Source: Lingula anatina
Lineage: Eukaryota > Animalia > Brachiopoda
Assembly: GCA_051362555.1 (NCBI GenBank)
Contig: CM120642.1
Location: 2,790,001-2,854,000 of the forward strand
Reading direction: 5' to 3'
Length of the DNA: 64,000 bases
Part shown: piece after piece, positions 14,013-26,949 of the stretch
Layout: every line of letters begins with the position of its first letter
Numbering within the stretch: position 1 is the first letter of the stretch
Program-made: the position numbers and the translations under genes
Notes under the pieces: generated by a model
Seen by the model: only the letters and a program-made list of their open reading frames with translations
The model's database searches: none
What the model was told of the DNA's origin: nothing

Positions 14013-14744
14013 TCTGTATTAATTGCTTATTTTCTGAAAAAAAAATCAAGCAGAAGAATCTCGGACAGGATCACTTAAAAGCAATGTAATCAAAATGAAA
14101 AATATTATATAAGTATCACACAGGATGTGTAAAAATGAATTAGTACATTTTTTAATAACCTTCAAACACATCAAAATATATCAATTCTTCACACATGGTT
14201 TTAAATTAAAAAGATGCCTTTTTAGTGGTTTAAACAGCTTATAAAAGATCACAATGGAATGTAGTCCAAGTCCAAGCACTGGCAAGACTAAAACCTGACA
14301 GACCACAAGTAAAGAATCTTTCTAGATTCTGAGTCACTATCAACAAAACAAGTTTTAGTCAAATGCTTAAGTTATTCCCTCGGGTCAATATTTTTCAAAT
14401 TGGTCAGGGTGCGTTGAAATATCTGATCAAAGAATATCAATTTAACATTGATTTGGTGACAAAAAAGTTATTTTCAGTACTTTGCTAAATACCCAAATGC
14501 ACAAGAGAGACCCTAGTAATTGCTAGGAGTCCTTTGAAAAATAATGAAATAAATTTAACTGACACAAATGTCTTAGCACTCAAAACTGATAAGCCTCTCG
14601 ATCCATTCTAGCTGATCAACACTTGTCACATTATCTGGTCTGGTAATGCTTGATTCATATGCTATTTATATGCCAGTCACTCATATCTCACCCAACCAAT
14701 TTTCCATAACGTGTGACAAAGCTTCCTTGGCATATTACCTTAAT

Positions 14745-14947
14745 GAGAGCATTCACATCGAGAAGAGCCAAAGTCTAGCAAGGCCAAGACCTAAATATGG
14801 CGTAATCCTTTAATGGCCTCTCAATGAATATCAATGAATGTCACTGAGAGACCATTAAAGGATTACGCGGTCTTCCTTTCATGTAAGTCCGCCATATTTA
14901 GGTCTCAGCCTTGCTAGACCTCAACCCTTCTCCATGTGAATGGTCTC
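14745..14947. mobile_element. Palindromic Harbinger-type MITE, same family as 8348-8649
   Basis: Shares gacctaaatatgg / gagaccatta..ggatta..ggtcttcctttcatgt..gtccgccatatttaggtc. Confidence 0.75.
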
Positions 14948-15453
14948 AATGATTACATGTATGTGGACCAAATTTCTAAAAAAACCTGGGAGAAAATATT
15001 CCTGGTCTGGGCTCACTGGAACCTTAGTCTACAAAACAAGTGTTGAAAAAATAATACATTCATACGTCACTTACGTGACAGCAGCTGATCTTGTATTAAG
15101 CTTGAACAAGCATTTTTTGGGGGGCATTGCTCTTCAGTTTAGCAAATGATAAGATTAAATAGGTTGACCCAACATTATAAATTTATTTCTTTTTTGTATA
15201 AATAAATGCAAAAACTTCCCACTTATCTTTAGGTTTTTTCATGAACTGTATGTCCAGGAAAGGACGATTGGGTTATGGTAATTAAACATACTAATTACAA
15301 ATTATCTTTTAGTTATTTATTAAAAAATAACATCAGGCAAAACTCTCAAAGTTGTTTTTATTATCCAAGCAGATACTGACTAAAAGTAATAGTCCTTTTC
15401 TTTTTCATACCAGAAAATAAAATAAGGATTTTTATATATTATATCAGTATCAC

Positions 15454-15459
15454 TTTATT
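15454..15459 (-). terminator. Candidate polyadenylation signal (AATAAA) ending a ~2-kb GPCR 3'UTR
   Basis: tttatt on +, preceded in transcript sense by U-rich, UGUA-containing sequence (15460-15640). Other AATAAA hexamers lie nearby, so the site is not unique. Confidence 0.35.
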
Positions 15460-17287
15460 AGATCAAATATTTTTTCACAACAAATGCCACTAACACTTTC
15501 TTTATAGACAATAAACATTATAAATATAATAACAAATAACATAATTCTAGTGAATATCAATGTCACAATGAATATTAACCTTTAACACCTATTTACAATG
15601 ATATACAAACAAATGTGCAACAATGTATACCAAAACAGATTCCAGCAATTCTATACTAAAAAGAATAATTCTAATAAAACAAACTTTGTATAACATTTTC
15701 TAATTCTATGATTTGAGCTTAGGGTCTCTAAATGTGAGTAAAAACAAGAAAGATACATTGAGAGATAATTATAAGTGAACTTAGCCACTGCAAAAAAGTG
15801 CCCAAAGTTGACAGAATCATGAAAGGTGGCTGATTTCTGAAATACACACATTCAAACCTTTATAATACACATACTTACTTTCAATAATATTCCAATATTT
15901 TCAACAATATTCCAATCAGTCTTGGATTTAATTCATTTTGAACATGTATACACATATGAAAATATAATTTTGACTCTAAAACTTCAAAACAGATCCAAAC
16001 TCCATACAAAAAATACCATTAAGGTCTCAGTTTGGTGGCTCTTAAAATATCCTGAACAATACGCCATTTTTCAATGAATGATCACGAAATGGCAGTTTAT
16101 CGAGTTATGGTGAAATAAGAAGTCAGAATGCATGTGTAAATATACTTGCTGCACATGAGCAACTAACAATATAATATTTAATGAAACTTTCAGAACTAGC
16201 ATTTACTGGTGAAAAAATGTGGTTCACAAATGTCTGTGACTTGGTAGCCCTTTACTTTCCTGCTCTGTCATAATAAATAACAAATTTAGAGATGGACAAA
16301 CTTCCATAGTGGTACTTCAAAGTAAACAGCAGAACAGTTGAACTTCTTCCCTTTTGTTTTAAAACAAAAAAACTTGCAATTAATATCAACAAACAGAAAA
16401 AATGTGCTGAATAAAAATGTCTAGATAATAACAGTTTTTCAAATAATGGGCCACTCCAAGGAATTTTCATTGCCTTCATAACACCACTTTATGCCCATAA
16501 ACTGCCTATTATCCTTTCATATACAACAAATATAATAATAATAATAATAACAACAACAACAACAGCAATTGCTGTCATTTTCATTTTCTTTCCTATCAAT
16601 GGCAAAGAGATGAAACCAAGGACAAAAATTGTGGAATATCCCTAACAATGACTGGCATATGTTTTCAAAGCATGCCATGGACAGTACACCTAAAAAGCAT
16701 CTAAGCCACAAAATATCCCCGTGAAGATTTCAACTTCTCATTTCACAATATTGAGCTGGTCATATCCATAGCCACATGAAATCTGACAGACTTCACACAG
16801 GCATGCACCATGAGACTTCTAATTATTGGAGAATCCAAAAGTCAGCTGGTAAACCCTTTACCATTTTTGATTCAAAAATTGCTTTTATCGAAAAACTTTA
16901 AACAGCTTTCTGCTCAAAAGCTTTTCTGAAACCATATCTCTGCAATAATGACTAAAATACATCCTACTGACCAAATCTGCTCTTAAGTAACTAATAAATC
17001 TATAGACAAACTATTTCATGGATCGACATATGTAGAAATAAATAGTTGGCTGCTGACAGAAACAGCTCAGCTATCAAACTACCAATTAAATAATTTCCAC
17101 TGAAAAACTAAGTCAAATGTACAAATCAAGCTTTCTATATACTTGCTACAGTCCAAATTAAAGTTACTCCTATGGTACATACATTTTAACAAACATAATA
17201 AGGTAGCAGCCCATTACACCTGGATGCTATTAAACTAGAATTCTAATTTGCTCAGTTTGTTCATAAAATCTTTCACTACTTTCATTT

Positions 17288-17439
17288 CAGGGGCGGATCT
17301 AGATATATTTTCTGACAGTCTTTCAAATTATTTTTGTTGATCCATCTTCCATTTTTGACCATTTTCCAACAGAAATGTAAACTTGAAAAATTCTGACCGT
17401 CTTCCAGAAGACCCAGAAGAAGGCTTTCGTCCACCCTTG
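17288..17439. mobile_element. CAGGGGCGGAT-TIR MITE in the GPCR 3'UTR, ~40 bp past the stop codon
   Basis: Aligns to the reverse complement of 22847-23023. Confidence 0.75.
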
Positions 17440-17477
17440 CATTTCATGGATTCTTTAAATTTCACAAACGGCATGCC

Positions 17478-18542
17478 TTATATAGATGTAGATACCCGTA
17501 AACTACCATTCAGAGTGGGGCAGCTCGCGTAAGAACGTGCCGAGCGGGACTTCATCTTGAATGCCTTCCTCAAGCCTTTTCGAATATCAGGCATGCGGAT
17601 GCCAAAGACAATGGAATCGGACAAGACATTAAATAGCATTAAAAACAACCCTGCCATCAGCAACTTATTCACAGGAGGGCTTCCGTAGCCAAAGCTAATT
17701 AAGACCACGGCTACAATCCATGGGCCCCAACTCACTAACAGCGACGAGTAGAGGAGAAGAAGAGTAACGGTGGTTTTGAGGTTCATTTTGATCTGAACCC
17801 TTGTCTCGACATTGTGCAGCATGCTCTGGTGTTTTCTAATGCCCAGGAAAATTGTAATGTACAATATTAATGACAACAGCAATATGAGGGCACACAATAC
17901 TGCATTGAAGTACACCAAAGGGGAGGGAAATGCTGGGGTGGCGCCTTCACAGAGAGTCTCGCTTCCATACAGGCTTCCCCCTACGGTAATGAATAGCAAA
18001 TCTTTTCCAATGATGAGTCCCCAAATAATGGCAATAATAATACAAGCCCGCACCTTGGTCATGGACAAGGAGTAGTGCAAGGGCACACAGACTGCAATGA
18101 ACATGTCGATTGTCAAAGTCAAAACTGTGAGCCCAGAGACCTCGTAAACTGATATCAGAATGGTAGTGGACATGTTACTACAAATGTGGCTTTGGTCTAT
18201 CATGTCTGTTAATAATATAAACAGAACTGTGGCCAAGTCCACCGCTGCCAGATTTGTGATAAAAATTCTTTTCGGTTTGAATGGTCTGGATGTGTGGTAT
18301 ATTGCAATTAGGGACAAACTATTTGTTACTATGCCAGCAGCGCAAAAAGCATAAAAAAGAATGCTCATCATGATATGGAGTAAACTGTTCTGCGTGACTG
18401 GGTCGATGTTAGTGCAGTTTCCACTGACATTATCATAAGAACAATTGAATGCAAAGTCTGAGGAGACATCTGCATCATGCTCTACAGAACTGTTCAACAG
18501 CAGAACTGAGAGGTTGGAACCTGGCCTCTCTTGGAGAGGCAT
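17478..18542 (-). CDS. Class A (rhodopsin-family) orphan GPCR, 354 aa, melanocortin/adenosine (MECA)-like; single coding exon nested in the KCNT intron
   Basis: Seven hydrophobic segments. TM1 GIVTN, TM2 NLAAVD, TM3 DMFIAVCVPLHY, TM4 W, TM6 SWGP, TM7 NVLSDSIVF, helix 8 RMPDIRKGLRKAF. N-terminal sequons NLS/NSS/NCS/NVS/NCT. ATG at 18542 lies 18 nt after a strong acceptor at 18561. Confidence 0.93.
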   Translation of the reverse strand: MPLQERPGSNLSVLLLNSSVEHDADVSSDFAFNCSYDNVSGNCTNIDPVTQNSLLHIMMSILFYAFCAAGIVTNSLSLIAIYHTSRPFKPKRIFITNLAAVDLATVLFILLTDMIDQSHICSNMSTTILISVYEVSGLTVLTLTIDMFIAVCVPLHYSLSMTKVRACIIIAIIWGLIIGKDLLFITVGGSLYGSETLCEGATPAFPSPLVYFNAVLCALILLLSLILYITIFLGIRKHQSMLHNVETRVQIKMNLKTTVTLLLLYSSLLVSWGPWIVAVVLISFGYGSPPVNKLLMAGLFLMLFNVLSDSIVFGIRMPDIRKGLRKAFKMKSRSARSYASCPTLNGSLRVSTSI

Positions 18543-18560
18543 TCTGTTTTCAATTATGAT

Positions 18561-18600
18561 CTGAACAAATGGAAAAAGAATAATAAGAATCTCATTTAGT
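18561..18600 (-). promoter_or_regulatory. 3' splice site of the GPCR coding exon
   Basis: Minus strand reads actaaat...cttattattctttttccatttgttcag|ATC: branch-point-like motif, pyrimidine tract and CAG. Confidence 0.7.
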
Positions 18601-21600
18601 ACATAACACTGCTGATCAATGTGATAGGCCAACAGCCCTGAGACTTTTTTTTTCTTTTCAGGAAATTGTTAAGCACAAACTATGTACAAATTCCCTTCAA
18701 TCAAACTGTACCTGCTGGTATGTGATGGACTCAACCTGTACACGACCAGATCTTAATAATTCAGAATAAAACAAAAACTAAATTTATAAAATAAATAGAA
18801 ATATAACAACTGCAGAATTTAAATCACTAAGCAGTTCTTATAATGTTAAAGGTGTATTTTCCTGTGAATAATTCAACATGCCATATTTCCTTCACTATCA
18901 GTTATTTTCTTGGTTTAGTGTAAATCACTTCTATCTAAAGTCTGTTAAAACTCAACATGCCATGCACTCACCATTATTTTCAAATATTTGGGGTGGCACT
19001 AATACATGTATTGATATCAATACCAATGGGGACAAACTGCTACAAAATCTGCTCAATCCATCAAACTTTTTGACATGTAGAAATAAATGTAATGAAACTG
19101 CCAAGCATCCAAAATAACAGTCTTTTAATGAAATAACCCAGTCTGGATGAAAAACATCGGCTCCTGTCTAGTGAGAAAATTAACGCCTTGTTACATGCAT
19201 GTCATCTGCCGCACGCAATAGTGAACAGTAATCTACAGCTCTGACAAATGGTCTTCCAAGTGTCTCATTTATCTTCAATTCTCTGATCTGTTGGCAGTCT
19301 TTTCATAATTCACCAGGGTGTCATAACTCCTACATAACAATGGGCTGATGAGTAGGCGCTGTCTGAAACTCAATCTCCAAAGTGTTCTCACTAGTGCTTA
19401 AGATGCAAGGCAGCAACTCTTAAAATCCAGACCAAAATAATTTTTTCGTTGAATGAGAGGTGCTTTGTCACTAATCCAGACAAACTGCTCTGATAGGAAA
19501 AAAATTTACTTGGCAGTTTTCATTAAAAAAATGCTGATAAAATTTAATACTCTGACTGTGCCCATCTTACAGTAAAGCTGGCAAGTATCATTTTCTTTCA
19601 GCATAAGATTATTTTTTCCAAGAAAATGATAATCCGTATGGAAATCCACGTGTCTGTTCAACTAATGCCTGCTTCTTTGTCATTAATTAATTGGATTTCA
19701 TGTCTTGCCACACATAATCAGCTTACAGGAAACCCTTCAATTAGTTACAGGAACTCAGTAGTGAGCAGATATCACTGAATAGCGAGGAAATCCTACGAAA
19801 TTGCAGCTGCCACACGCAGTATTATTCCTTCTAATGATATGCTTGATCACTTTCTCTTGTAACGATCTTTATCTTGGCACAAAACTAAAAGAACTCTTAA
19901 CTATGGCTGTATTTTTCGCTCTTATTTCCAATGAAAATAGGAGTAATATGTCTTCTCTGTCAATGTGACCTGTAACAATAGAATTATCATTAGAAACCAA
20001 ATATGATCAAAGCCTTCCCCCAACCCCTTCAAATTTGCCCATCATTCATCCTCCCACTTAGTTGAACAAAAAAAAAAAATGACGAGGCTTTCATGACAAC
20101 ACCATGATGAACATATATAAAGGGTACATCTATGTACATTTCATCAGTATCACATGGGTGGAAATTTAAGCTGAATCCTCTCTAAGGCTAACTGCGTGAT
20201 AAAAAATTGGTCCAAACACTGCCCCCCTAATCCACCCCACCTCCATAAAAGTATCATTTCCTCCATGTTTGTGACTTGTCTCCCATTTGTGCCCTGCACC
20301 AATTCTGTTGTCTGGACAGAGAATCTCACAGACAAAGTTAGTTTCCTAAGATCTAACTGCTGAAAGCTTCCAGAAACCTCCACTATTTCTTCAATCCTTC
20401 ATGCGTTTATGTCACAGTGATTGAATGCCCCCGATTCTAATGTGCATTAAACTACATCGGAGCCTCACTTAATGCACACTAAAATTGGTGAATTCAGTGG
20501 CTCAGCACCTGGGCTACGTTTTATGGGCACATTGGGGATAATAAGAGACAAGATATATATTAACATCATACACATGTTGTTTTGTGTTAAAAATATGATA
20601 CCTACAAGAGACAAAATGTCAGGGACTGCATGGCATACCAATTAACATACTTCAATTTAGTATTGTGTTACTGCCCCCTCCCCCACTAAATACTAAGGTA
20701 TACTTGTAAGGAAGAAGGTATCGTTTTAAAAATTGTATCAGCACATTAATGAAAAACCTAAGAATCTTTTTTTTTTTTTTAATGCCCAAGGGCACAAGCG
20801 CACTATAGTGAAGAAAATGGGCATATAATTGCTATTAGTTTCCGCAATACCAGATTCTGATATATGCTGTAACTTTTCTAAATGTGGCAGAGATTTAAAT
20901 TTGGTGTTTCAACTTTCTGATCTTTTGAATTGTCGTTCCTCTCTCTTTCTGCCTTCTCTCTTTCCATGAGTGTACTCTTCGCCTCCTGTTGCAGTATTCA
21001 CTTTTGGAATAGGGTCCTTAGAGTAGGGTCTCATCACACTGATATTTATTTATTTATTTATTTAAATAGACGGTAATAGATAGCCAGGGGGGTACGGGGG
21101 GGGGGGGGGTGAAAGAACCAGCCTTTTTGTCAGGAAAAGGTTCATTATAGGTAAAATTTGACCTAATTTCAATCAATTTTTAGCAATAAAGTTATATAAA
21201 AAATCAGATTTATAGAACTAATGGTTTTTTAAACCAAATATTGCAACAAATGACAATGCTTGTCTAAGACCTTAATTACCAAGACAGGGGTACCATCAGG
21301 TGTTGAAAATCAACAAATGTTCATATGCCAAAGGCAAGCACTTAATCAGCTCTTCTGGTCAATTCACGTCCAACTCTGATTAACATTATGCCATTAATGT
21401 ATCTTTGTTCTATTATTATTTTGTTGTTGTTGTTTATTTGTTTTGATTTTTAATTTCTTTTTATTGAGCTTTGCAGGGATAATACAACCTCAAAGGAGTC
21501 AAAATGTTTACGTGCATCAGGCTATTCTGTAATATACAGTGAAATTTTGTGAAATTACAACTGTAACAGATATTCTTGAGAAGTCAAAATTAAACTCCTG

Positions 21601-21755
21601 TTCTTTAGTATTTACATGATATAATCTTACTGATCAACCACACAATCATTTCTGGGCGCTACTGCTGTTGTTTTTTCTTTTACTTTCTATTATTTAAACT
21701 AACACAATATATTAATGTTATCTGTCAATCAAATGATGACACTGGACAATTCTTA

Positions 21756-21969
21756 GACCCCATTTCCAGAGATTAGATCGATCTACTTTAGATCGACCTA
21801 ACTCCCTGGGGGTTCCACTAAATAGCTGTCAGCCGAGCGGGCACGAAAGTTAATTACCCCCTTACAGCTTGTAGTAGGCGGGACGGACATTTAAGCCGGA
21901 TTATCTGACAGTAATCTAGTGAGACTCCCCGCGGGGATAGATCGATCTAAAAGCTCTGGGAATACGCCC
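21756..21969. mobile_element. Harbinger-type MITE with TTA TSD, CpG-rich (young)
   Basis: tta|gaccccatttccagag..ttagatcgatcta ... tagatcgatctaa..ctctgggaatacgccc|tta. Confidence 0.75.
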
Positions 21970-22846
21970 TTAGGCTTCACACAATATGATAGATTTGGAT
22001 AACTTTTTAATTCACCCAATATTCTGTTATGATTTAAACAATAAAATAGATATGATCGAATATGGCCATAATAGTTCCTGTCATTTCTCTTTTTTCTCCC
22101 TATCCAGATATATGTATTCAGACTGTTTAGTGTATTGAACCCTGGATAAAACCATTTCAATCATGGCTTGTCCACTGAGCTACAAACCTTAAAAAAACAA
22201 ACACCTTTTCTGGCTTTCACATGTGTTAAAACATTGTTTGTTGAGATTTTAAACCCAAATGAAACTGAACCAATATGGCCCATGCATAATTCTATTTAGA
22301 TATACACAGAACATATGGCTCTCACTTGTTTACAGTATTTTGATTCCTGACTTATATTAACTTGGTAATTTGGATATTCAACTACTATTTACTTGTCCAT
22401 CAACTGTCAGATAGTTCCAGAATTCTCTTGTATTTTGAAGTTGGTTGTAATTCATGAATTATAGTTCTAAAAAAAAAACAGCTAAAGCTGACAGTTCGAA
22501 TACTAAAAGAATGCCTATAACTATATGCCCAGCACATGAAATTCAAGGTGTTAATATTCTATCTTCAAACTTTGGAGAAAATTTGTAATATACCAGGACA
22601 AATTGTGGAGACAAAAATATTTACAAAATAATTATCAAATATGAGATTTATGGAAATGTTGTAATGACTTCAAAAATTTAACCTGCGTTTGAAACCCAGA
22701 TTTAATTCTAGCAGACTTGCACTCAACTTTGTAATACAGCATCTACAAGTCTTACAATGAAAATATTATTTTTTTTTCCTTTTATTATAAGATTTGAAAT
22801 AATCTGACCATGCATGCGCAGTTTTGATATGACAAAAATTTATTTC

Positions 22847-23023
22847 CAGGGGCGGATTTAGGGCATCTTCTGGGTCTTCCGGAAGTCGGTCAGATTTTCA
22901 AGTTTACATTGACGGGTATCTAATTTTTTCTGTCGGAAGACGGTCAGAAAATGCAGGATGGATCAACAAAGATAATCATATAATTTGGAAGACTGTCAAA
23001 AAATAACTCTGGATCCGCCCCTG
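22847..23023. mobile_element. CAGGGGCGGAT-TIR MITE
   Basis: caggggcggat ... atccgcccctg TIRs. Confidence 0.85.
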
Positions 23024-23986
23024 ATTTCCCACAAGTAACTCCCATAAGTTTCAACTCAAACTGATTCATTATTTAAACGATAATTTAAGCTTCCACAAGT
23101 TCAAAAAAATTAAAATACCAAGACCAAATTAAAACATTTAAATACAGAAAATGATTAAATTGTGCTCATTTTTAAATTTGACCAAAATCAGTATCCCAGT
23201 AGGCCTTTATAATGGCAAAAAAAAAGTTTTTCTAAATGTCAAAAATAATCGAATTATCCCAAGTTTCAAATCTGACCCCCTTTTATAGACAATGGCATGG
23301 GTAATCACTGTAGGTTTGAAACAAAATGTTATATTGCTTTTCATATACTGCAGGGGCAAAAATGTTCTGGCTTTGGCTCCAGCTTTGGGTAAAGGCTTAT
23401 GTAGGCTTTAGCTGACAGGATGGTGATACAGACAAATGTAGGTGATAATGATGGTGATGCAGACAGACGTGGGTGACTGTGACGCAGATAGACGTAGGTG
23501 ATGAGGATGGTAACATACATATACAGGAAAAGGATTGATCTATCGCATCTACTGAGTAGAGGCAGTTCATAAACATGCTGTTATGCTGGCAAATTTTTTT
23601 ATGTGTCATGTGTATATGACATGACTTCCTGTGTAACACATTTACGGTCACAAAATGACATGTAATTTAACAAATACAACACTGATATAGTATATGCACC
23701 TATCTTTCTAACTTTTTCACATCAAAATCTTGTTTTTGTTATTCCCTTTGTCCATATCATATCTCATAAAAGACCGACTATAATAAATTACCATTTCAAA
23801 CATTATTTTTTCTAAATCTTATATTGGATTCTTATTAATTAAAATTGTAATTTTTATAATCTTTACATTTACAGTCACAATTATTCTTCAGAAACATCAA
23901 AGTTAAATACTTTGAAAGCAACTTTATGAACACAACAGGAATATTAAGGAAATTATACAAAATACAAAGAAAAATAAAATACTTAC

Positions 23987-24340
23987 AAGTTCCTATTCAT
24001 ATTGTCCACTCACTGCTATCTCAAGTAATTCTTCAACTAGCGAGTGTGAAAATCCACAATGAAAGTTGTCATCACATATGTATATGCATGATCTTCATTT
24101 AATAAATAAAAAATACAGTTTATGCTACATTTCTTTCTAAACTGTCTCGACTGAAAACCACTCTGCCAATCACTACTTTGACACTAGGAGAAAAAGGTTT
24201 AAGCTCCTGTTTAAATTCTGAGAATAAATGTCAATAGTATGCCCTGCCCACACTATTCTAAACAGACCAATAAAACAGCCTTTTGCATCTCACTACAGAG
24301 AAAAAGCTTATTAGCTTTGTGTCGTGCTGTATGATTGGCC
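23987..24340 (-). promoter_or_regulatory. Candidate internal promoter and non-coding first exon for the GPCR
   Basis: Three CCAAT motifs (~24167, ~24267, ~24334), Inr-like TCAGTC at 24149-24154 on minus, consensus gtaagt donor at 23986. Confidence 0.3.
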
Positions 24341-26022
24341 CTCTACCTATAGGGCATGTATCTGCCAGTCAAAAGCAATGAGTTTCCCAGATCTTATCTC
24401 AACAGGTATTTTCTTCTTAGGAATACTTTTCTCTTGAGGTGTATTCCACTTTCCATCACATATCAAGTTCACATTAAACTCTGATAATTTGTTTTAATTA
24501 AGTGTCAATTCACTGTTGTATGCTCAACTAAGCAGGGTATTAAATTTCATAATGATTAATGATCAATACATTACATAGCAGTTATCATCCTCCAGGTAAA
24601 TATAATGGATAAATACCTTCAAGACTCTGTTCAACAAAGATACATTAGTTCTCACAATCTATCAGCAAACATTTACTTCAATCTTTCACAAATATTTTCC
24701 AAGAAATGTCTATCTTCAACAAGAAATAGCCAAGAATATTTCAAACCATCAACATGAAATAAAAAATACCAGGACATTAACAGAATTGGAACTGGGTTAA
24801 AGTTGTAAAAAGTCCTCAATACAACATTGTTACAAAAATATATAATACCATGCAATGATGTATACTGGTAAAACCATAGTTTGGTACATTGTGTATGACT
24901 GTTTAAACAACCTAGACAGGAAAAAATACATAAAAATGGAATAACCGCACCATTTAACCTTGAGAAGTCAAGAAGTCGTGCCATTGCCAAGCACAAAATA
25001 CTCCATTTGAAATGTCAGTTGAGAGGTTGGGATGGGTGATGTGATAAATTGGGGGGAAGAAAACAAATCACAAAAACATACTTTCAGTAATTTATAAAAA
25101 TAATTTTAAATTACTGAAAGTATGTATTATCTTACTGTAAAGTGTTACAGCGTCCGTCATTCACTGAAGCATACCAAAACCACTGTCTCAGACACTTCAA
25201 TCCTTATCTTTTTTTTTTTCTTGAATCAGCCACAAAACTTTGTTAATTTGATTTCACATGTTCACCATGATTATGACTTGAAATAGAATGCTTTCATCGT
25301 GTGACTTCATTTTTTAAATTTCCATTTTTCATTTGTTGCAAAGCAAGTTTTTCTCTGCTTCTCTAACACAATGGTGAGTGGCCTCCTGTGTAAGTGACCA
25401 CCAGAAAAAGATGCTACTCTTTTCACGAGAGACAAATCCAAAATGCTTAGTTTAAAAGGCAAAAGGGAACCATGAAACCAAGCAAGTACAACAACTGGGA
25501 TTAAGTAACACAGATGGAAAATGGTATTGGGCAACTACGTCATCAAGCAGGACTGTACAGTAAAGAACAACAAGGTGATCTGTAGATCAGGTTACCACCT
25601 CAGATGAACTTATTATATCAGTCAAATGGAATTAACAGAAGACAGAGCCAACATAAGTGGCACGAAAAACAGATTCCTAGAAAAACATCTTAGGAAAAGA
25701 CATATTACTTCTGACAGCGCAGATTAATTTATAATAAGCAAACCTCTTCTAATTGCATACGCTAAAATTGTGTACAAAAAGGGCTGCATGGTTTGACTAG
25801 GGAATTTTATTATTATTTTTTATTATTATTATTATTATTATTTTATTTTTTATTTTTTTTTTGTAAAATCTGTTATTCCTGTTCCTTGTCTTCAACTATG
25901 ATGAAGGATAATTCAAAAGGAATTTTGCAATTTCTGGATTGCGAAAAAAATTGTTCTAGAATTGCCATCCCAATTCATTCACTTGTAATGAAGACCTACA
26001 TCAAGTGTTTAAGTACATACAG

Positions 26023-26070
<48 letters not shown>

Positions 26071-26100
26071 CGGAGAGACAGAGAGACAGAGAGAGATAGA
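26023..26100. repeat. (GA)n microsatellite, imperfect
   Basis: Read directly. Confidence 0.95.
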
Positions 26101-26815
26101 CAGCAAGGTGGACAGACACCCTTATAGTTGTACAGACTCCAGTTTTGCAGTGAAATAAACTAGGTAGAAGAAAATTAAACCCGACTGTCTCAATTGTCTT
26201 GTTGGTGAAAAGTAAATCTAAGAACCTGAATAACCAAGAGGCTGGTTATTAGAGGTCCACATAAGCCTTTGAGATAAACTGGCTAGACACTTTTCACTAC
26301 ACAAATAAATAAATAAATCAGAAGATAAATTGAAGGTGTTCAAGGCTCATGTGAATTTTCAAATTTTGTTAGCTTTTTAAAAAGCAACAATTAAACAGGT
26401 TGAGTTTGTACAAAATAGGAGTAACTACTGGTACTAACACACTCTGATTCTATCCACAATATCATAGGCAAAACAAACAACAATCCCCACCCCACTGTAC
26501 AAAATATCTGCATCAGACCTGAAATACAAGTAATGGTCTGACAGAGGATACAACTTGGCATTTCTATCAGTGTACGGCACTATCCACTATAACCCACAGA
26601 AGTCTTACAACCTAGAAGAAAATCAAGCCAGATTTCACACCGTATTGGAGAAAAATAATGTCAGACTAGAGAGAGCAGTGCGGCAACAAATGAAAGCTAA
26701 CAAAATTTATCCATAGATATTTTCTTTTTTTTTTCTCTCTTAAGATCTGTCAAATATCATTTAGTCTATTGTACAACAATAATAATTTACCACGTTTTGC
26801 CTACATCACTTTTCT

Positions 26816-26949
26816 CAGGCTTGAGACCAATCCTCACTGAAAAAGTAGGATTTACACAATTCAACAGATTTACACGATTCACAAGGATGACCCAAATGAC
26901 CCCGAAAAAGTCACAATTATGACGAAAGTCAGAAAAGTCTCATCAGTGA
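26816..26949. mobile_element. hAT-like MITE (caggcttgaga...tctcatcagtg); related copy at ~57220-57346
   Basis: Shared attcacaag.atga.ccaaatgaccc.gaaaaagtc...aaagtctcatcagtga. Confidence 0.6.

Noticed and set aside
17812-18354. Plus-strand ORFs overlapping the GPCR
   Set aside because: Antisense shadows of the coding exon.
18543-18632. N-terminal 30 aa of the 384-aa ORF in the track
   Set aside because: It starts at a non-ATG codon (TTG) and runs through a pyrimidine tract and acceptor; intronic upstream of 18560.
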